Shown: in pieces, positions 23,641 to 34,520 of the stretch
Numbering within the stretch: position 1 is the stretch's first letter
How the letters are laid out: each line of letters begins with the position of its first letter
Origin: an uncultured beta proteobacterium
GTDB lineage: Bacteria; Pseudomonadota; Gammaproteobacteria; Burkholderiales; SG8-41
Direction of reading: 5' to 3'
Assembly: GCA_963804885.1 (NCBI GenBank)
Contig: CAWDSF010000017.1
Coordinates: forward strand, 241-64,240
Length of the DNA: 64,000 nt
Notes under the pieces: generated by a model
Told to the model about the DNA's origin: nothing
The model's input: only the letters and a program-made list of their open reading frames with translations
Databases searched by the model: none
Translations under genes and position numbers: made by a program

Positions 23641-24282
23641 ATGAGTGAAGCTGTCAGAATAATCAAAAAGTATCCGAATCGCCGGCTCTACGACACGACG
23701 ACCAGCATCTACATCACGCTCGCGGACGTCAAAAAACTGGTGCTCGAAAACATCGAGTTCAAGGTCGAGGACGCGAAATCCAAGGAAGACCTCACGCGCA
23801 GCATCCTGCTCCAGATCATTCTCGAGGAAGAAAGCGGCGACGGCGTGCCGATGTTCTCCTCCGACGTGCTGTCGAAGATCATCCGGTTCTACGGCAACGC
23901 GATGCAGGGCATGATGGGCAACTACCTCGAAAAGAACATCCAGACGTTCATCGAAATCCAGAAAAAGCTGCAGGCGCAGTCGAGCGCGCTCTACGGCGGC
24001 GGCACGGCGATGCCGAACGCTGAAGCGTGGAGCGAGTTTCTGAAGATGCAGGGCCCGGCGATCCAGGGCCTGATGGGCAGCTATCTCGAGCAGAGCGCCA
24101 ATGCGTTCCTCGAAATGCAGCAGCAGATGCAGAAGCAGTCGCGCAACCTGTTCGGCAACTTCCCGTTCCCGAATTTCGCCGCTGCCAATCCGTTCGCGTC
24201 GCCGCCGCGCGAAGACGCCGCCGGCCAACCCGCAAGCTCGCCTGCGCCCAAGGATGATAACGGCGACAAAAAAGGCGGCTGA
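23641..24282 (+). CDS. phaR: Polyhydroxyalkanoate synthesis repressor PhaR
   Basis: [41 protein letters not shown]. Confidence 0.96.
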   Translation: MSEAVRIIKKYPNRRLYDTTTSIYITLADVKKLVLENIEFKVEDAKSKEDLTRSILLQIILEEESGDGVPMFSSDVLSKIIRFYGNAMQGMMGNYLEKNIQTFIEIQKKLQAQSSALYGGGTAMPNAEAWSEFLKMQGPAIQGLMGSYLEQSANAFLEMQQQMQKQSRNLFGNFPFPNFAAANPFASPPREDAAGQPASSPAPKDDNGDKKGG

Positions 24283-24292
24283 AAAGCAGCGG

Positions 24293-25679
24293 ATGGCGAC
24301 AGAAACTGCGCCTAAGAAGCAACGAACGGCAACAGCAGCGGCGCCGGCAAAGCAGCGCAAGCGGAGCGGCGCCGCGCCGAAAGTCGGGTTCGTTTCACTC
24401 GGCTGCCCCAAAGCACTCGTCGATTCCGAACGCATCCTCACGCAATTGCGCGCGGAGGGTTATCTCGTCGCGCCGAGCTATCAGGATGCGGACCTCGTGG
24501 TGGTCAACACCTGCGGCTTCATCGACAGCGCGGTCGCGGAATCGCTCGACGCCATCGGTGAAGCGCTCGTCGAAAACGGCAAGGTCATCGTCACCGGCTG
24601 CCTCGGCGCGAAGGGCAACGTGGTGCTGGACGCGCACCCTCGCGTGCTCGCAGTCACCGGTCCGCATGCGACCGATGAAGTCATGCGCGCGGTGCACGAG
24701 CACCTGCCGCAGCCGCCCGACCCGCATCATCGACCTGATCCCGCCGCAGGGGATCAAGCTCACGCCGCGGCATTACGCGTATCTGAAAATCGCCGAGGGC
24801 TGCAATCACCGCTGCACGTTCTGCATCATCCCGTCGATGCGCGGCGATCTGGTGAGCCGTCCCGTCGGCGAAGTCATGCAGGAGGCGGAAAACCTGGTCA
24901 AGGCGGGCGTCAAAGAGCTGCTCGTCATTTCGCAGGACACCAGCGCGTACGGCGTCGACGTCAAGTACCGCACCGGCTTCTGGGGCGGCCGGCCGCTCAA
25001 GACGCGCATGACGGAGCTCGCGGTTGCGCTGGGCGAGCTCGGCGCGTGGGTGCGCCTGCATTACGTCTATCCGTATCCGCACGTCGACGAAGTGCTGCCG
25101 CTGATGCGCGCGGGAAAAATCCTGCCTTACCTCGACGTGCCGTTCCAGCATGCGAGCCCGCGCATCCTGAAAGCGATGAAGCGGCCCGCCAATTCGGAAA
25201 ACAACCTCGCGCGCATCCGGCGCTGGCGCGAGATCTGCCCCGACCTTACGATCCGCAGCACCTTCATCGTCGGCTTTCCCGGCGAAACCGACGAAGAGTT
25301 CGAGCAGCTGCTCGAGTTCATCGAGGACGCGCAACTCGATCGCGTCGGCTGCTTCGCGTATTCAGCCGTCGACGGCGCGACCGCCAACGCGCTGCCGAAC
25401 CACGTGCCGGAAGAACTGAAAGAAGAACGCAAGGCGCGGTTCATGGCGGCGCAGGCGCTCGTCAGCACCGCGCGGCTACAGCGCAAGGTCGGCACTACGC
25501 AGCGCGTGCTGATCGATCACGCGGATGCCAAGGCGGTGGTTGCGCGCAGCAGCGCCGATGCGCCTGAAATCGACGGCGTCGTCCACCTTGCGCCGTCGCC
25601 GAAGCTCGTCGCGGGCGAATTCGCGAACGTGCGGATTACGCGCGCGGACGAGCACGACCTGTGGGGCGTCGCGGTTTGA
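24293..25679 (+). CDS. rimO: Ribosomal protein S12 methylthiotransferase (frameshift near 24720)
   Basis: [20 protein letters not shown], radical [23 protein letters not shown]. Confidence 0.96.
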
Positions 25680-25728
25680 AGCGCGCGATCGCCACGTAGT
25701 CAATTACGCGGAGCGGTAACGAGCGCCG

Positions 25729-26115
25729 ATGTGGCAACGCATACGCAGCTGGGCGCGTCAGCTCAAGGCCGAGACCATCGCGCTCTGGTTCTGCTGCAGG
25801 CATCCCGCCACGCCGCTGGCCGCCAAGATACTCGCGACACTGGTCGTCGCCTACGCGTTGTCGCCCATCGACCTGATACCGGACTTCATTCCGGTGATCG
25901 GTTATCTCGACGACGTGATCCTGATTCCCATCGGCATCTATTTCACGCTGAAGCTGATACCGCCGCCGGTAATCGAAGAGTGCCGCGTTCAGGCGCAGGC
26001 GTGGCTGGAAGCGCATAAGGACAAACCCCGCAACTACATCGCGGCGGGTGTGATCGTCTGCCTGTGGCTCGCCGCGCTGTGGCTGGCATGGCGGTGGTTC
26101 GCGCCGGCTGATTAG
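25729..26115 (+). CDS. YkvA / DUF1232 family membrane protein
   Basis: YALSPIDLIPDFIPVIGYLDD. Confidence 0.92.
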   Translation: MWQRIRSWARQLKAETIALWFCCRHPATPLAAKILATLVVAYALSPIDLIPDFIPVIGYLDDVILIPIGIYFTLKLIPPPVIEECRVQAQAWLEAHKDKPRNYIAAGVIVCLWLAALWLAWRWFAPAD

Positions 26116-26134
26116 ACCCGCCGGCCGCGCCGCC

Positions 26135-28099
26135 CTATTCGCGCTCGAAAAACGCGATCACCTCGGCCGCCTCGCGCGTGCCTTTCATCGACGGCAGGCT
26201 GCGCAGGATGCGGCGGCCGTAACCTTTGCTGAAGAGTCGCGGGTCGCAGATCATCAGCACGCCGCGATCGGTCTCGTCGCGGATCAAGCGCCCGGCGCCC
26301 TGCTTCAAAGTGATGACCGCCTGCGGCAACTGGAATTCGACGAATGCATTGCGCCCGTCGCGGTTGATGCGCTCGATGCGCGCCGCCAGCAGCGGGTCGT
26401 CGGGCGGCGCAAACGGCAGCTTGTCGATGACGACCAGCGACAGTGCCTCGCCGCGCACGTCGACGCCCTCCCAGAACGACTGGCTGCCGACGAGCACCGC
26501 GTTGCCGACGCGCCGGAACCGTTCGAGCAGCTCGGTGCGCGAGCCTTCGCCCTGCATCAGCAGCGGATAGTCGAGCCCGCGCTGTGCGAACGCGTCCTTT
26601 AAGAGCTCGTAGCCTTCGCGCATCGCGCGCAGGCTCGTGAACAGCATGAACGCGCGCCCGCCGCTCGCTTCGATCGCGGGCAGTGCAGCCGCAACGACGG
26701 CTCTTGTGTAATCGGGCGTGTTCGGCTCCGGCATGCCCTTGGGCACGTACAGCAATGCGTGCGTGGAGTAATCGAACGGGCTCTCCCATGAGTGCGTGAT
26801 CGCGTCGGTCAAGCCCAGTTGCGCGCGGTAATGGCTGAAGTCGCCGCCGACTGACAGCGTCGCTGAGGTGAATATCCACGAGCGCGCGCGCTCGTCGATC
26901 TGGCCCTGAAACACTTCCGCGATCGACAGCGGCGTCGCGTTCAGATGCAACGCATGATGAAAGAGCTCGAGCCAGCGCACGAATTCGGGATCGTCCTGGT
27001 CGCGCCAGCGGCGCACGCCGGCGGCGAGCAGCTGACCGCGCTCCCAGCATTTTTCGAGGCCTTCGCTGCGCGCGGCCTGCGTTTCGAGCGTTGCCACCAG
27101 CGCATCGAGTTTCGCGCAGACAGTCGCCAATGCCGGCTCAAAGTCGCGATTGCGCGCCAGCGCCTGGAACGGGAAGCGTCCGCCCTCTTCCTTGAATGCC
27201 AGCCGCAGATCGCGCGCCGCCTTGTCGAGCGCGTGCGCGGCCTCGGGCAACGGCGCGAAATCCTTGGCTGACGCGACTGCTTCAATGCGCGTGTCGCGCG
27301 CAAGCTCGATCAGCTGTGAAGTCGATACCGTCTGCCCGAAAAAAAGGCTCGCCGTTTCCGGCAGCTGGTGCGCTTCGTCGAAAATTATCGTGTTCGACGC
27401 GGGCAAGAGTTCCGACACGCCCTCGTCGCGCAACACGACGTCGGCGAAAAAGAGGTGATGATTGACGACGACGACATCCGCCGCCAGCGCCTGCTTGCGC
27501 GCTTCCATGACGAAGCATTTCGCGTAATGCTCGCAATCGGAGCCGAGGCAATTCTCGCGCGTCGACGTCACGTACGACCAGATCGCGGCGTTCTCCGGCA
27601 CCGCAGGCAGATCGCTTTTGTCGCCGGTCACGCTGTTCTTCGCGAAATTAGCGATGATCGGCAGGTAGCGCGCATCGTCGCGCGTCGGAAAGCGTCCTTC
27701 GTGCTGGGCGCGCGCGACGTAATGGTGACAGACGTAGTTGGCGCGGCCTTTGAGCAGCGCGACGGTGACCGGCACTTTGAGCGCCTCGCGCACGACCGCG
27801 ATGTCGCGGTCGAACAACTGGTCCTGCAGGGTCTTGGTGCCGGTCGAAATGATGACCTTGCCGCCCGACAGCAGCGCGGGCACGAGATAAGCGAAGGTTT
27901 TGCCGGTGCCGGTGCCCGCCTCCGCTATGAGCACGGTATTTTTCTCGATCGCATGCGCCACCGCGCGCGCCATTTCGAGCTGGCCATCGCGCACGCGAAA
28001 GCCGTCGACGGCCAGCGCGAGTGCGCCGTCGGCCGCGAATATCCTGTCCAGATCTTGCAAAGGATTCCCATCAAGGACCGCAGCGCCGCGGTCCCGCAC
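26135..28099 (-). CDS. yoaA: DinG-family ATP-dependent DNA helicase (YoaA-like)
   Basis: EAGTGTGKT, LKGRANYVC, Fe-S cysteines, FDEAHQL, SFWEGVDV, KQGAGRLIR; exact start uncertain. Confidence 0.9.
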   Translation of the reverse strand: MRDRGAAVLDGNPLQDLDRIFAADGALALAVDGFRVRDGQLEMARAVAHAIEKNTVLIAEAGTGTGKTFAYLVPALLSGGKVIISTGTKTLQDQLFDRDIAVVREALKVPVTVALLKGRANYVCHHYVARAQHEGRFPTRDDARYLPIIANFAKNSVTGDKSDLPAVPENAAIWSYVTSTRENCLGSDCEHYAKCFVMEARKQALAADVVVVNHHLFFADVVLRDEGVSELLPASNTIIFDEAHQLPETASLFFGQTVSTSQLIELARDTRIEAVASAKDFAPLPEAAHALDKAARDLRLAFKEEGGRFPFQALARNRDFEPALATVCAKLDALVATLETQAARSEGLEKCWERGQLLAAGVRRWRDQDDPEFVRWLELFHHALHLNATPLSIAEVFQGQIDERARSWIFTSATLSVGGDFSHYRAQLGLTDAITHSWESPFDYSTHALLYVPKGMPEPNTPDYTRAVVAAALPAIEASGGRAFMLFTSLRAMREGYELLKDAFAQRGLDYPLLMQGEGSRTELLERFRRVGNAVLVGSQSFWEGVDVRGEALSLVVIDKLPFAPPDDPLLAARIERINRDGRNAFVEFQLPQAVITLKQGAGRLIRDETDRGVLMICDPRLFSKGYGRRILRSLPSMKGTREAAEVIAFFERE

Positions 28100-28131
28100 G
28101 ATTAAAGCGCGTGAGTATAATCCGATTCGCC

Positions 28132-28611
28132 ATGCGTGATGCCGCTACAGCACTGAAAATCGGCTTGATCTCCGATACCCACGATGTCCTGCGTCCACAG
28201 GCGCGCGACGCGCTCGCCGGCGTCGCGCATATATTGCATGCGGGTGACATTTGCGAAAGCCATGTGCTCGCGGACCTCGCGGCAATTGCGCCAGTCACCG
28301 CCGTGCGCGGCAACAACGACCGCGGTGCGTGGGCCCGTGAATTGCAAACGACCATGCGGGTCGAGCTCGGCGGCGTGTCTATCTATATGGTGCACGATCT
28401 GGCCGAACTCGACATCGATCCGGGCGCCGCGGGCGTGCAGGCGGTGATCTACGGGCATTCGCACAAACCGCGCATCGAGGAGCGTGCGGGCGTCCTCTAC
28501 GTCAATCCCGGCAGCGCCGGCCCGCGCCGTTTTTCTTTGCCGGTCTCAGTGGGCTTTCTCGAAATCAAGGCGGGCAAAATCAGCGCGACGCTCGAAACCC
28601 TGCAGGTCTGA
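28132..28611 (+). CDS. YfcE-family metallophosphoesterase
   Basis: ISDTH, HAGD, RGNND, GHSH, NPGS motifs. Confidence 0.92.
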   Translation: MRDAATALKIGLISDTHDVLRPQARDALAGVAHILHAGDICESHVLADLAAIAPVTAVRGNNDRGAWARELQTTMRVELGGVSIYMVHDLAELDIDPGAAGVQAVIYGHSHKPRIEERAGVLYVNPGSAGPRRFSLPVSVGFLEIKAGKISATLETLQV

Positions 28612-28795
28612 ACGCGCCGCCGCGCGCTCAGCGGATTTCATCCACCTTCAACCTATCTGCCGGTCGCGATCAGGCTGGGCCATGCAACCACTGCAGGGCG
28701 GCCGTGGTCTTTAAATATTGTGTACATGTCGCTGCAAGTTTGTTTATTCGGTCAAGTTCACCCCCGCCGCTGTATTTCGCGATGTGAAATCAGGA

Positions 28796-28824
28796 TTTAC
28801 AACCGACGCTGCATCGCCTATAGT
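28796..28824 (+). promoter_or_regulatory. Sigma70-type promoter of the NlpC/P60 gene
   Basis: TTTACA-17 bp-TATAGT, ending 8 nt before the ATG. Confidence 0.55.
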
Positions 28825-28832
28825 CCGCCCCG

Positions 28833-29318
28833 ATGAAAATTTTTTCCGCTCTTGCTGCACTGGGTATCGCGCTGGCCTCCGCACCTGCACTTTCCGTCGA
28901 CACCGCGCGCGATCAGGCATCCGACAGTTATTTGAGCCGGGCGCGCGAAGTAACCATCCAGGCGCTCTCGTTTCTCGGCGTCAACTACAAATGGGGCAGC
29001 TCCAATCCCGAGCGCGGATTCGACTGCAGCGGTCTCGTTACTCACGTGTTTCAGCAGGTCGCCGGCATGGTGCTGCCGCGCAACTCGCAAAGCATGAGCA
29101 AGGTCGGCGAGAAAATCGACAAGGTCGACCTGCAGCCCGGCGATCTCGTGTTTTTCAACACCCGCCGCCAGCCCAACTCCCACGTCGGCATCTATATCGG
29201 CGACGAACGCTTCGTGCATGCGCCGAGCCGCGGCGGCGAAGTCGAAATCTCCGACATGCAGGAAAGCTACTGGAAAAAGCGCTTCAACGGCGCGCGCCGG
29301 CTGCTGAACAGTGACTGA
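28833..29318 (+). CDS. NlpC/P60 (C40) peptidoglycan endopeptidase
   Basis: Signal peptide; YKWG..GFDCSGL, PGDLVFF, HVGIYIG, FVHAP. Confidence 0.93.
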   Translation: MKIFSALAALGIALASAPALSVDTARDQASDSYLSRAREVTIQALSFLGVNYKWGSSNPERGFDCSGLVTHVFQQVAGMVLPRNSQSMSKVGEKIDKVDLQPGDLVFFNTRRQPNSHVGIYIGDERFVHAPSRGGEVEISDMQESYWKKRFNGARRLLNSD

Positions 29319-29346
29319 CGTCAGCGGCTGACGCTAACGATCCACG

Positions 29347-30273
29347 TTATTTTGCGACCGTTTTCTCCGCGATTTTCTGCTTGATCGCGGCAATTGCCGC
29401 CAGCCCCGCCTTCTCCCCCTCAATTATCGCCAGGTGCCGGTCCTCGAACGCGGTGCTGCGGATGCGCCCGGTATCGGGACGAATCACGATATCGGCCTCG
29501 GATAATTCGTAACCGGCAATGCTCTGCCCCATGATGGCGAACGTCTGCAGCATCACGTCGACGCTGTCCCTGGTCTTGCCGAGCCGCGGATTGTTGGAAA
29601 TGTACACGGCGATCACGAGATCGGCGCCCATGGCACGCGCCGCGCGCACCGGCACCGGGCTCACGAGCCCGCCGTCGACGTATTCTCGCCCGCTGATGGT
29701 CACCGGCTGAAAGACGCCGGGCACGCTGCTCGACGCGCGCACCGCCATCCCGGTGTTGCCCGTGCGGAAAACCACCGGTTCGCCGCTTTGCAAATCCGTC
29801 GCGACCACGGCGAACGGCTTGTTGAGTTTTTCCATCGGCCGGTTCTGCACTGCCTGGTTGACGAAATTCTGCAGTGCCTCGCCCTTGATAAACCCGCGGT
29901 CCGGCAGCGACCAGTCCGCGATGATCGTGTCGTCGAGCTGTAACGCCGTGCGCTGCAGGTCAAAGCCGCCATAACCGCTCGCGTACAGCGCGCCCACGAG
30001 GCTGCCCGAGCTCGTGCCGATCACCATGTCCGGCACGATGCCGTGCGACTCCAACGCTTTGATCACGCCGATGTGCGCGAAGCCGCGCGCCGCGCCGCCG
30101 CCGAGCGCGAGCGCGATCTTCGGCGGCGCGGGACGCACCTCCGGCTTGGGCGGCAGTTCGGTAACAGGCGCGGGCTTGGGCGCCGGTTCGGGACTGCGCG
30201 GCAATACGCCGCAGCCGGCGAGGACGCTCAATAGCAGTGCTGCAGCAAAACGCAATGAATTGACCTTTATCAA
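29347..30273 (-). CDS. Patatin-like phospholipase lipoprotein
   Basis: Lipobox LAGC; GGGAARGFAH, GTSSG, DGG. Confidence 0.92.
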   Translation of the reverse strand: MIKVNSLRFAAALLLSVLAGCGVLPRSPEPAPKPAPVTELPPKPEVRPAPPKIALALGGGAARGFAHIGVIKALESHGIVPDMVIGTSSGSLVGALYASGYGGFDLQRTALQLDDTIIADWSLPDRGFIKGEALQNFVNQAVQNRPMEKLNKPFAVVATDLQSGEPVVFRTGNTGMAVRASSSVPGVFQPVTISGREYVDGGLVSPVPVRAARAMGADLVIAVYISNNPRLGKTRDSVDVMLQTFAIMGQSIAGYELSEADIVIRPDTGRIRSTAFEDRHLAIIEGEKAGLAAIAAIKQKIAEKTVAK

Positions 30274-30402
30274 CGGGATTTTGCGAGGGGGCGATTGTAT
30301 CGTCAGTAACGGGTTGATGCGGCGAACCGCCGGCGAAGTCAGACCTCAGCCATAGCCGCGGCTATCCGGCACCGGTGAACGGCTTTAATTGCAGTCCGAA
30401 GC

Positions 30403-30431
30403 TTGACAAATGATAATCATTATCATTTAAT
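30403..30431 (+). promoter_or_regulatory. Sigma70 promoter with overlapping Fur box
   Basis: TTGACA (30403)-17 bp-TTTAAT (30426); perfect 10-1-10 palindrome AAATGATAAT-C-ATTATCATTT at 30408-30428. Confidence 0.92.
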
Positions 30432-30483
30432 GGCTTGCCAGAATAGTTCTCGCTCTCAATTACACAAAGATACTACATTAACT

Positions 30484-31564
30484 ATGAACCACCTGACATT
30501 GAATAATAAAGACTTATCTTCAAACTCTTTCGTCGCGTCAGCACGTCGGCTGTTCCTGGCGATCGCGGCGTCGTTAGCGGTCGTGGCCTCGCCCGCCTTC
30601 GCTCAGGAAAACGTCCTCAACCTGTATTCGGCGCGGCACTATCAGACCGACGAGGCCCTTTACAGCAATTTCACCAAGGCGACCGGCATCAAGATCAACC
30701 TGATCGAAGGCGGCGAGGACGCGTTGATGGAGCGTATCCGCAACGAGGGGACCAACAGCCCGGCCGACGTTTTCATCACCGTCGACGTGGGGCGCCTGTG
30801 GCGCGCCGAGCAAATGGGCCTGTTTGCGCCCGTGAAGTCCAAAACGCTCGAATCGCGCATTCCCGCCAACTACCGGGACCCCGACGGCAACTGGTTCGGC
30901 TTTTCGCGCGCGCGCGCGCATCATCGTTTACAACAAAAGCACGATCAAGCCGGGCGAAATCGCGAACTACGAAGATCTCGCCGACCCCAAATACAAAGGC
31001 CGCATCTGCACGCGCTCGGGCAGCCATGTCTACAACCTGTCGCTGATGGGTTCGATCATGGGCGCGCTGGGCGAAGAAAAATCCGAGGCCTGGGCTAAAG
31101 GCGTCGCCAGCAACCTCGCGCGGCCGCCCAAAGGCGGCGATACGGACCAGTTGAAGGCCGCGGCCGCGGGTGAATGCGACATCGCGGTCAGCAACACTTA
31201 TTATTTCGCGCGGCTCCTGCGCTCGGACAAGGCGGACGAGCGGCAGGTGGCGGAGAAACTCGGCGTGGTGTTTCCCAACCAGGCGGGGCGCGGCACGCAT
31301 TTCAACATCTCGGGCGGCGGCATGCTAAAGCACGCGCCGCACAAGGAAGCCGCGGTCAAGTTTCTCGAGTATCTCGCCAGCAACGAAGCGCAGGTTTACT
31401 TCGCCGACGGCAACAACGAATGGCCGGTGGTGCCGAACGTCGCGACCAACAACCCGGCGTTAAAAGCGATGGGCACGTTCAAAGCCGAAACGCTGAACAT
31501 CGCGGCGATCGGCAAGAACCAGCCGAACGCGCAAAAGATATTCGACCGCGTCGGCTACAAATAG
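30484..31564 (+). CDS. Fe(3+) ABC transporter substrate-binding protein (FutA/FbpA; frameshift near 30910)
   Basis: LNLYSARHY..D, EGTNSPADV, KGGDTDQ, SNTYY, NISGGG, GNNEWP; Fur box upstream. Confidence 0.93.
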
Positions 31565-31587
31565 CGGGTTCGCATCGTCTTGCAAGG

Positions 31588-33313
31588 TTACGCGGGCGCG
31601 ACGCCTATGCGCCCGTCGTCCTGCACGCGGGTGGCGCCCGCCCGGGCGATGCGCCGCGACAATACGATCAGCGGCACCAGGCTCACTGCGACGATCGCCA
31701 GCGCGGACGTCGACGCTTCGGCGAGCCGCTCGTCGGCCGCGAGGTTGTAGGCATGTACGGCGAGCGTGTCGAAATTGAACGGCCGCATCACGAACGTGGC
31801 CGGCAGCTCTTTCATCACGTCCACGAACACGAGTAACGCGGCGGTCAGCGAGACTGCCGCGCATCAGCGGCCCGTGCACCCTGACCAGAGTGCCGACGGG
31901 GCCAACGCCCAGCGAGCGCGCCGCTTCGTCCATGCTCGGCGTGATCTTGGTGAGCCCCGCCTCCACCGTCTGCAGCGCGACGGTAAGAAACCGCACGAGA
32001 TAGGCATAGACCAGCGCGGCAATGCTGCCGGTCAGCAGCAATCCGGTGCTGACGTCGAAATGCGCGCGCATCCAGGCGTCGATTGCATTGTCGAGACGCG
32101 CGACCGGCACCAGGATGCCAATCGCGATGACCGCGCCGGGAACGGCGTAGCCGAGCCCCGCAATCCGGTTGGCCGCCTGCACTACAGGTCCGCGGCCGCA
32201 GCCGCATTGCGTACGCCATTATCAGCGCGAGCACGACCGCGAGCAATCGCGGTCACGCCGGCAAGCGTGAAGCTGTTGAGCGTCAGCGTGACGAAACGGG
32301 CGCCGAAATGCGCGTCGCCATCGGTCACCGCCATTCGCAGCAACAAGCCCGCGGGCAGCAGAAAGCCCAGCAGCAGCGGCACGCTGCATATCGTCGTCGC
32401 GGTCCACGCGGCAATTCCGCTCAGCCGAGTACGCGCATCGCGGCGGCGTCGCGCGCGGCGTTGTAATAGCGCGCGCGCCCGCGGCTCCAGCGCTCGAGCA
32501 ACAGCACGAGCACGACGAAGCCGAGCAGCAACGCCGATAACTGCGCCGCCGCGACGCGGTCGCCCATCGACAGCCACGCGCGATAGATGCCGGTGGTGAA
32601 CGTCGGCACGGCAAAGTACGACACGGTGCCGAAATCGGCGAGCGTCTCCATCAGCGCCAGCGTCGTGCCGGCAACGATAGCCGGGCGCACCAGCGGCAAC
32701 GCGATCCGGAAGAAACTGCGCCACGGCCCGTAGCCCAGCGTGCGGCCGACTTCGAGGATGCCGACCGACTGCTCGAGGAACGCCGCGCGCACCACCAGGT
32801 AAACGTACGGATAGAGCACGAGTCCGAGCATGACGATGGCGCCGCCGACCGAGCGGATCTCCGGGAACCAGTATTCATGCGCGCGCCATCCGCGTCACCG
32901 CGCGCAGCCAGGTCTGCACCGGGCCGGTGAACTGCAGCAGATCCGTATACGCGTACGCCATGATGTAGGCCGGCATCGCGAGCGGGAGTATCAGCGTCCA
33001 TTCGAACCAGCGCTGGCCGGGAAAGCGGCACGTCGTCGACGAGCCACGCCGTGGACACGCCGCCGAACACGACCATCACGCTGACCCCGGCAAGCAGCCA
33101 CAACGTATTCGCGACGTATTCGGGCAGCACGGTGGCCGCGAGGTGCGCCCAGGTCCCCTGCCCCGGCGCCAGCACGTTCGCCAGCACGACGACGACGGGC
33201 ACGGCCAGCAGAATCGCGATCAGCGTCGTCAGTACCGGCAGCGCGCCGGCGTAGCGCCAGCGCTGGCCAAGGCGTGCCGGTCGCGCCGCCGGGACTCCGA
33301 TCGCAGCGCTCAT
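31588..33313 (-). CDS. Fe(3+) ABC transporter permease (FbpB; several frameshifts)
   Basis: LYPYVYL, METLADFGTV, GYAVPGAV, DEAARSLG, KELPAT..RPFNFDTLA. Confidence 0.9.
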
Positions 33314-33428
33314 GTGCGCTTATTCATTTTGATTTTGCCGACCTCGCCATGGCGGTGCGCAGTGTAGCAAAGCCGTCTCCTGCGGGCAAAGAACGCGCGC
33401 CGTCGCTACGTCGTTATAATGCCCGCAC

Positions 33429-34505
33429 ATGAACATCGACAGCCGTGAATCCGCGCCGCCGCGCGATGCCGTAATTGCGCTCGACGGCGTGACGCAGGCA
33501 TACGGGAAGACCGCGGTGCTGAACGGCATTTCGTTTGCGTTGCAGCGCGGCGACATCGGCTGCCTGCTCGGCGCGAGCGGCTGCGGCAAAACCACGGTGC
33601 TCCGCTGCATCGCCGGCTTCGAGCCGGTTGCGGGCGGCGAGATCCGGCTCAACGGCAGGCTGGTCAGCGGCCGCAATTACAGCGTGCCGACCGAGCAGCG
33701 CCGCGTCGGCATGGTGTTCCAGGATTACGCGCTGTTCCCTCACCTGGACGTCGCCGCCAATATCGCGTTCGGCCTGCACGATGCGGACGCCGGACATCGC
33801 GCGCGCCGCGTCGCCGAGCTGCTCGAGACGGTCGGACTCGCCGGCGCCGGCAAAAAATTCCCGCACGAACTGTCCGGCGGACAGCAGCAGCGCGTCGCGC
33901 TCGCGCGCGCGCTCGCGCCGCAGCCGGAACTGCTGCTGTTCGACGAGCCGTTCTCCAATCTCGACGTGGAAATGCGCGAGCGCCTGAGCGTCGAGGTGCG
34001 CGGCATCCTGAAGCATCAGCATGCCACCGCCATACTCGTCACCCACGACCAGCATGAAGCGTTCAACATCGCCGACATGATCGGCATCATGGCCGGCGGC
34101 AAACTCGAGCAGTGGGATGCGCCCTACGATCTCTATCACGAGCCCGCCACCCGGCTCGTCGCGGATTTTGTCGGCCAGGGAACGCTGCTGCCCGGCACCG
34201 TGGTCAGCGACCAGCTCGTGCAGCTCGAGCTGGGCACGTTCCAGGCGAAGATTCCGGCTGAATGGCCGCGCGGCGCCGCCGTCGACGTGCTGCTGCGCCC
34301 CGACGACATACTGCACGACGATGCCGGCACGCTGCGGGCGGAAGTGCTGCACAAGGCATTTCGCGGCGCGGAGTTCCTCTATACCCTGCAGCTCCCCGCG
34401 GGCGGCCGCGTGCTGTCGCTGGTGCCGAGCCATCACAATCACGCGATCGGCGAGAAAATCGGCATCCGCCTCGAAATCGATCACCTCGTGGCGTTCCGCC
34501 GCTGA
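33429..34505 (+). CDS. Fe(3+) ABC transporter ATP-binding protein (FbpC)
   Basis: GASGCGKTT, FQDYALFPHL, LSGGQQQRVALARAL, DEPFSNLD; TOBE-like C-terminus. Confidence 0.9.
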   Translation: MNIDSRESAPPRDAVIALDGVTQAYGKTAVLNGISFALQRGDIGCLLGASGCGKTTVLRCIAGFEPVAGGEIRLNGRLVSGRNYSVPTEQRRVGMVFQDYALFPHLDVAANIAFGLHDADAGHRARRVAELLETVGLAGAGKKFPHELSGGQQQRVALARALAPQPELLLFDEPFSNLDVEMRERLSVEVRGILKHQHATAILVTHDQHEAFNIADMIGIMAGGKLEQWDAPYDLYHEPATRLVADFVGQGTLLPGTVVSDQLVQLELGTFQAKIPAEWPRGAAVDVLLRPDDILHDDAGTLRAEVLHKAFRGAEFLYTLQLPAGGRVLSLVPSHHNHAIGEKIGIRLEIDHLVAFRR

Positions 34506-34520
34506 CAGCGGGACGTCGCG

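Noticed and set aside
30905-30919. (CG)n tract as a phase-variation switch in the iron-binding protein gene
   Set aside because: The tract encodes the conserved xRAR motif, the simplest fix is a single base, and similar indels occur throughout this part of the window.
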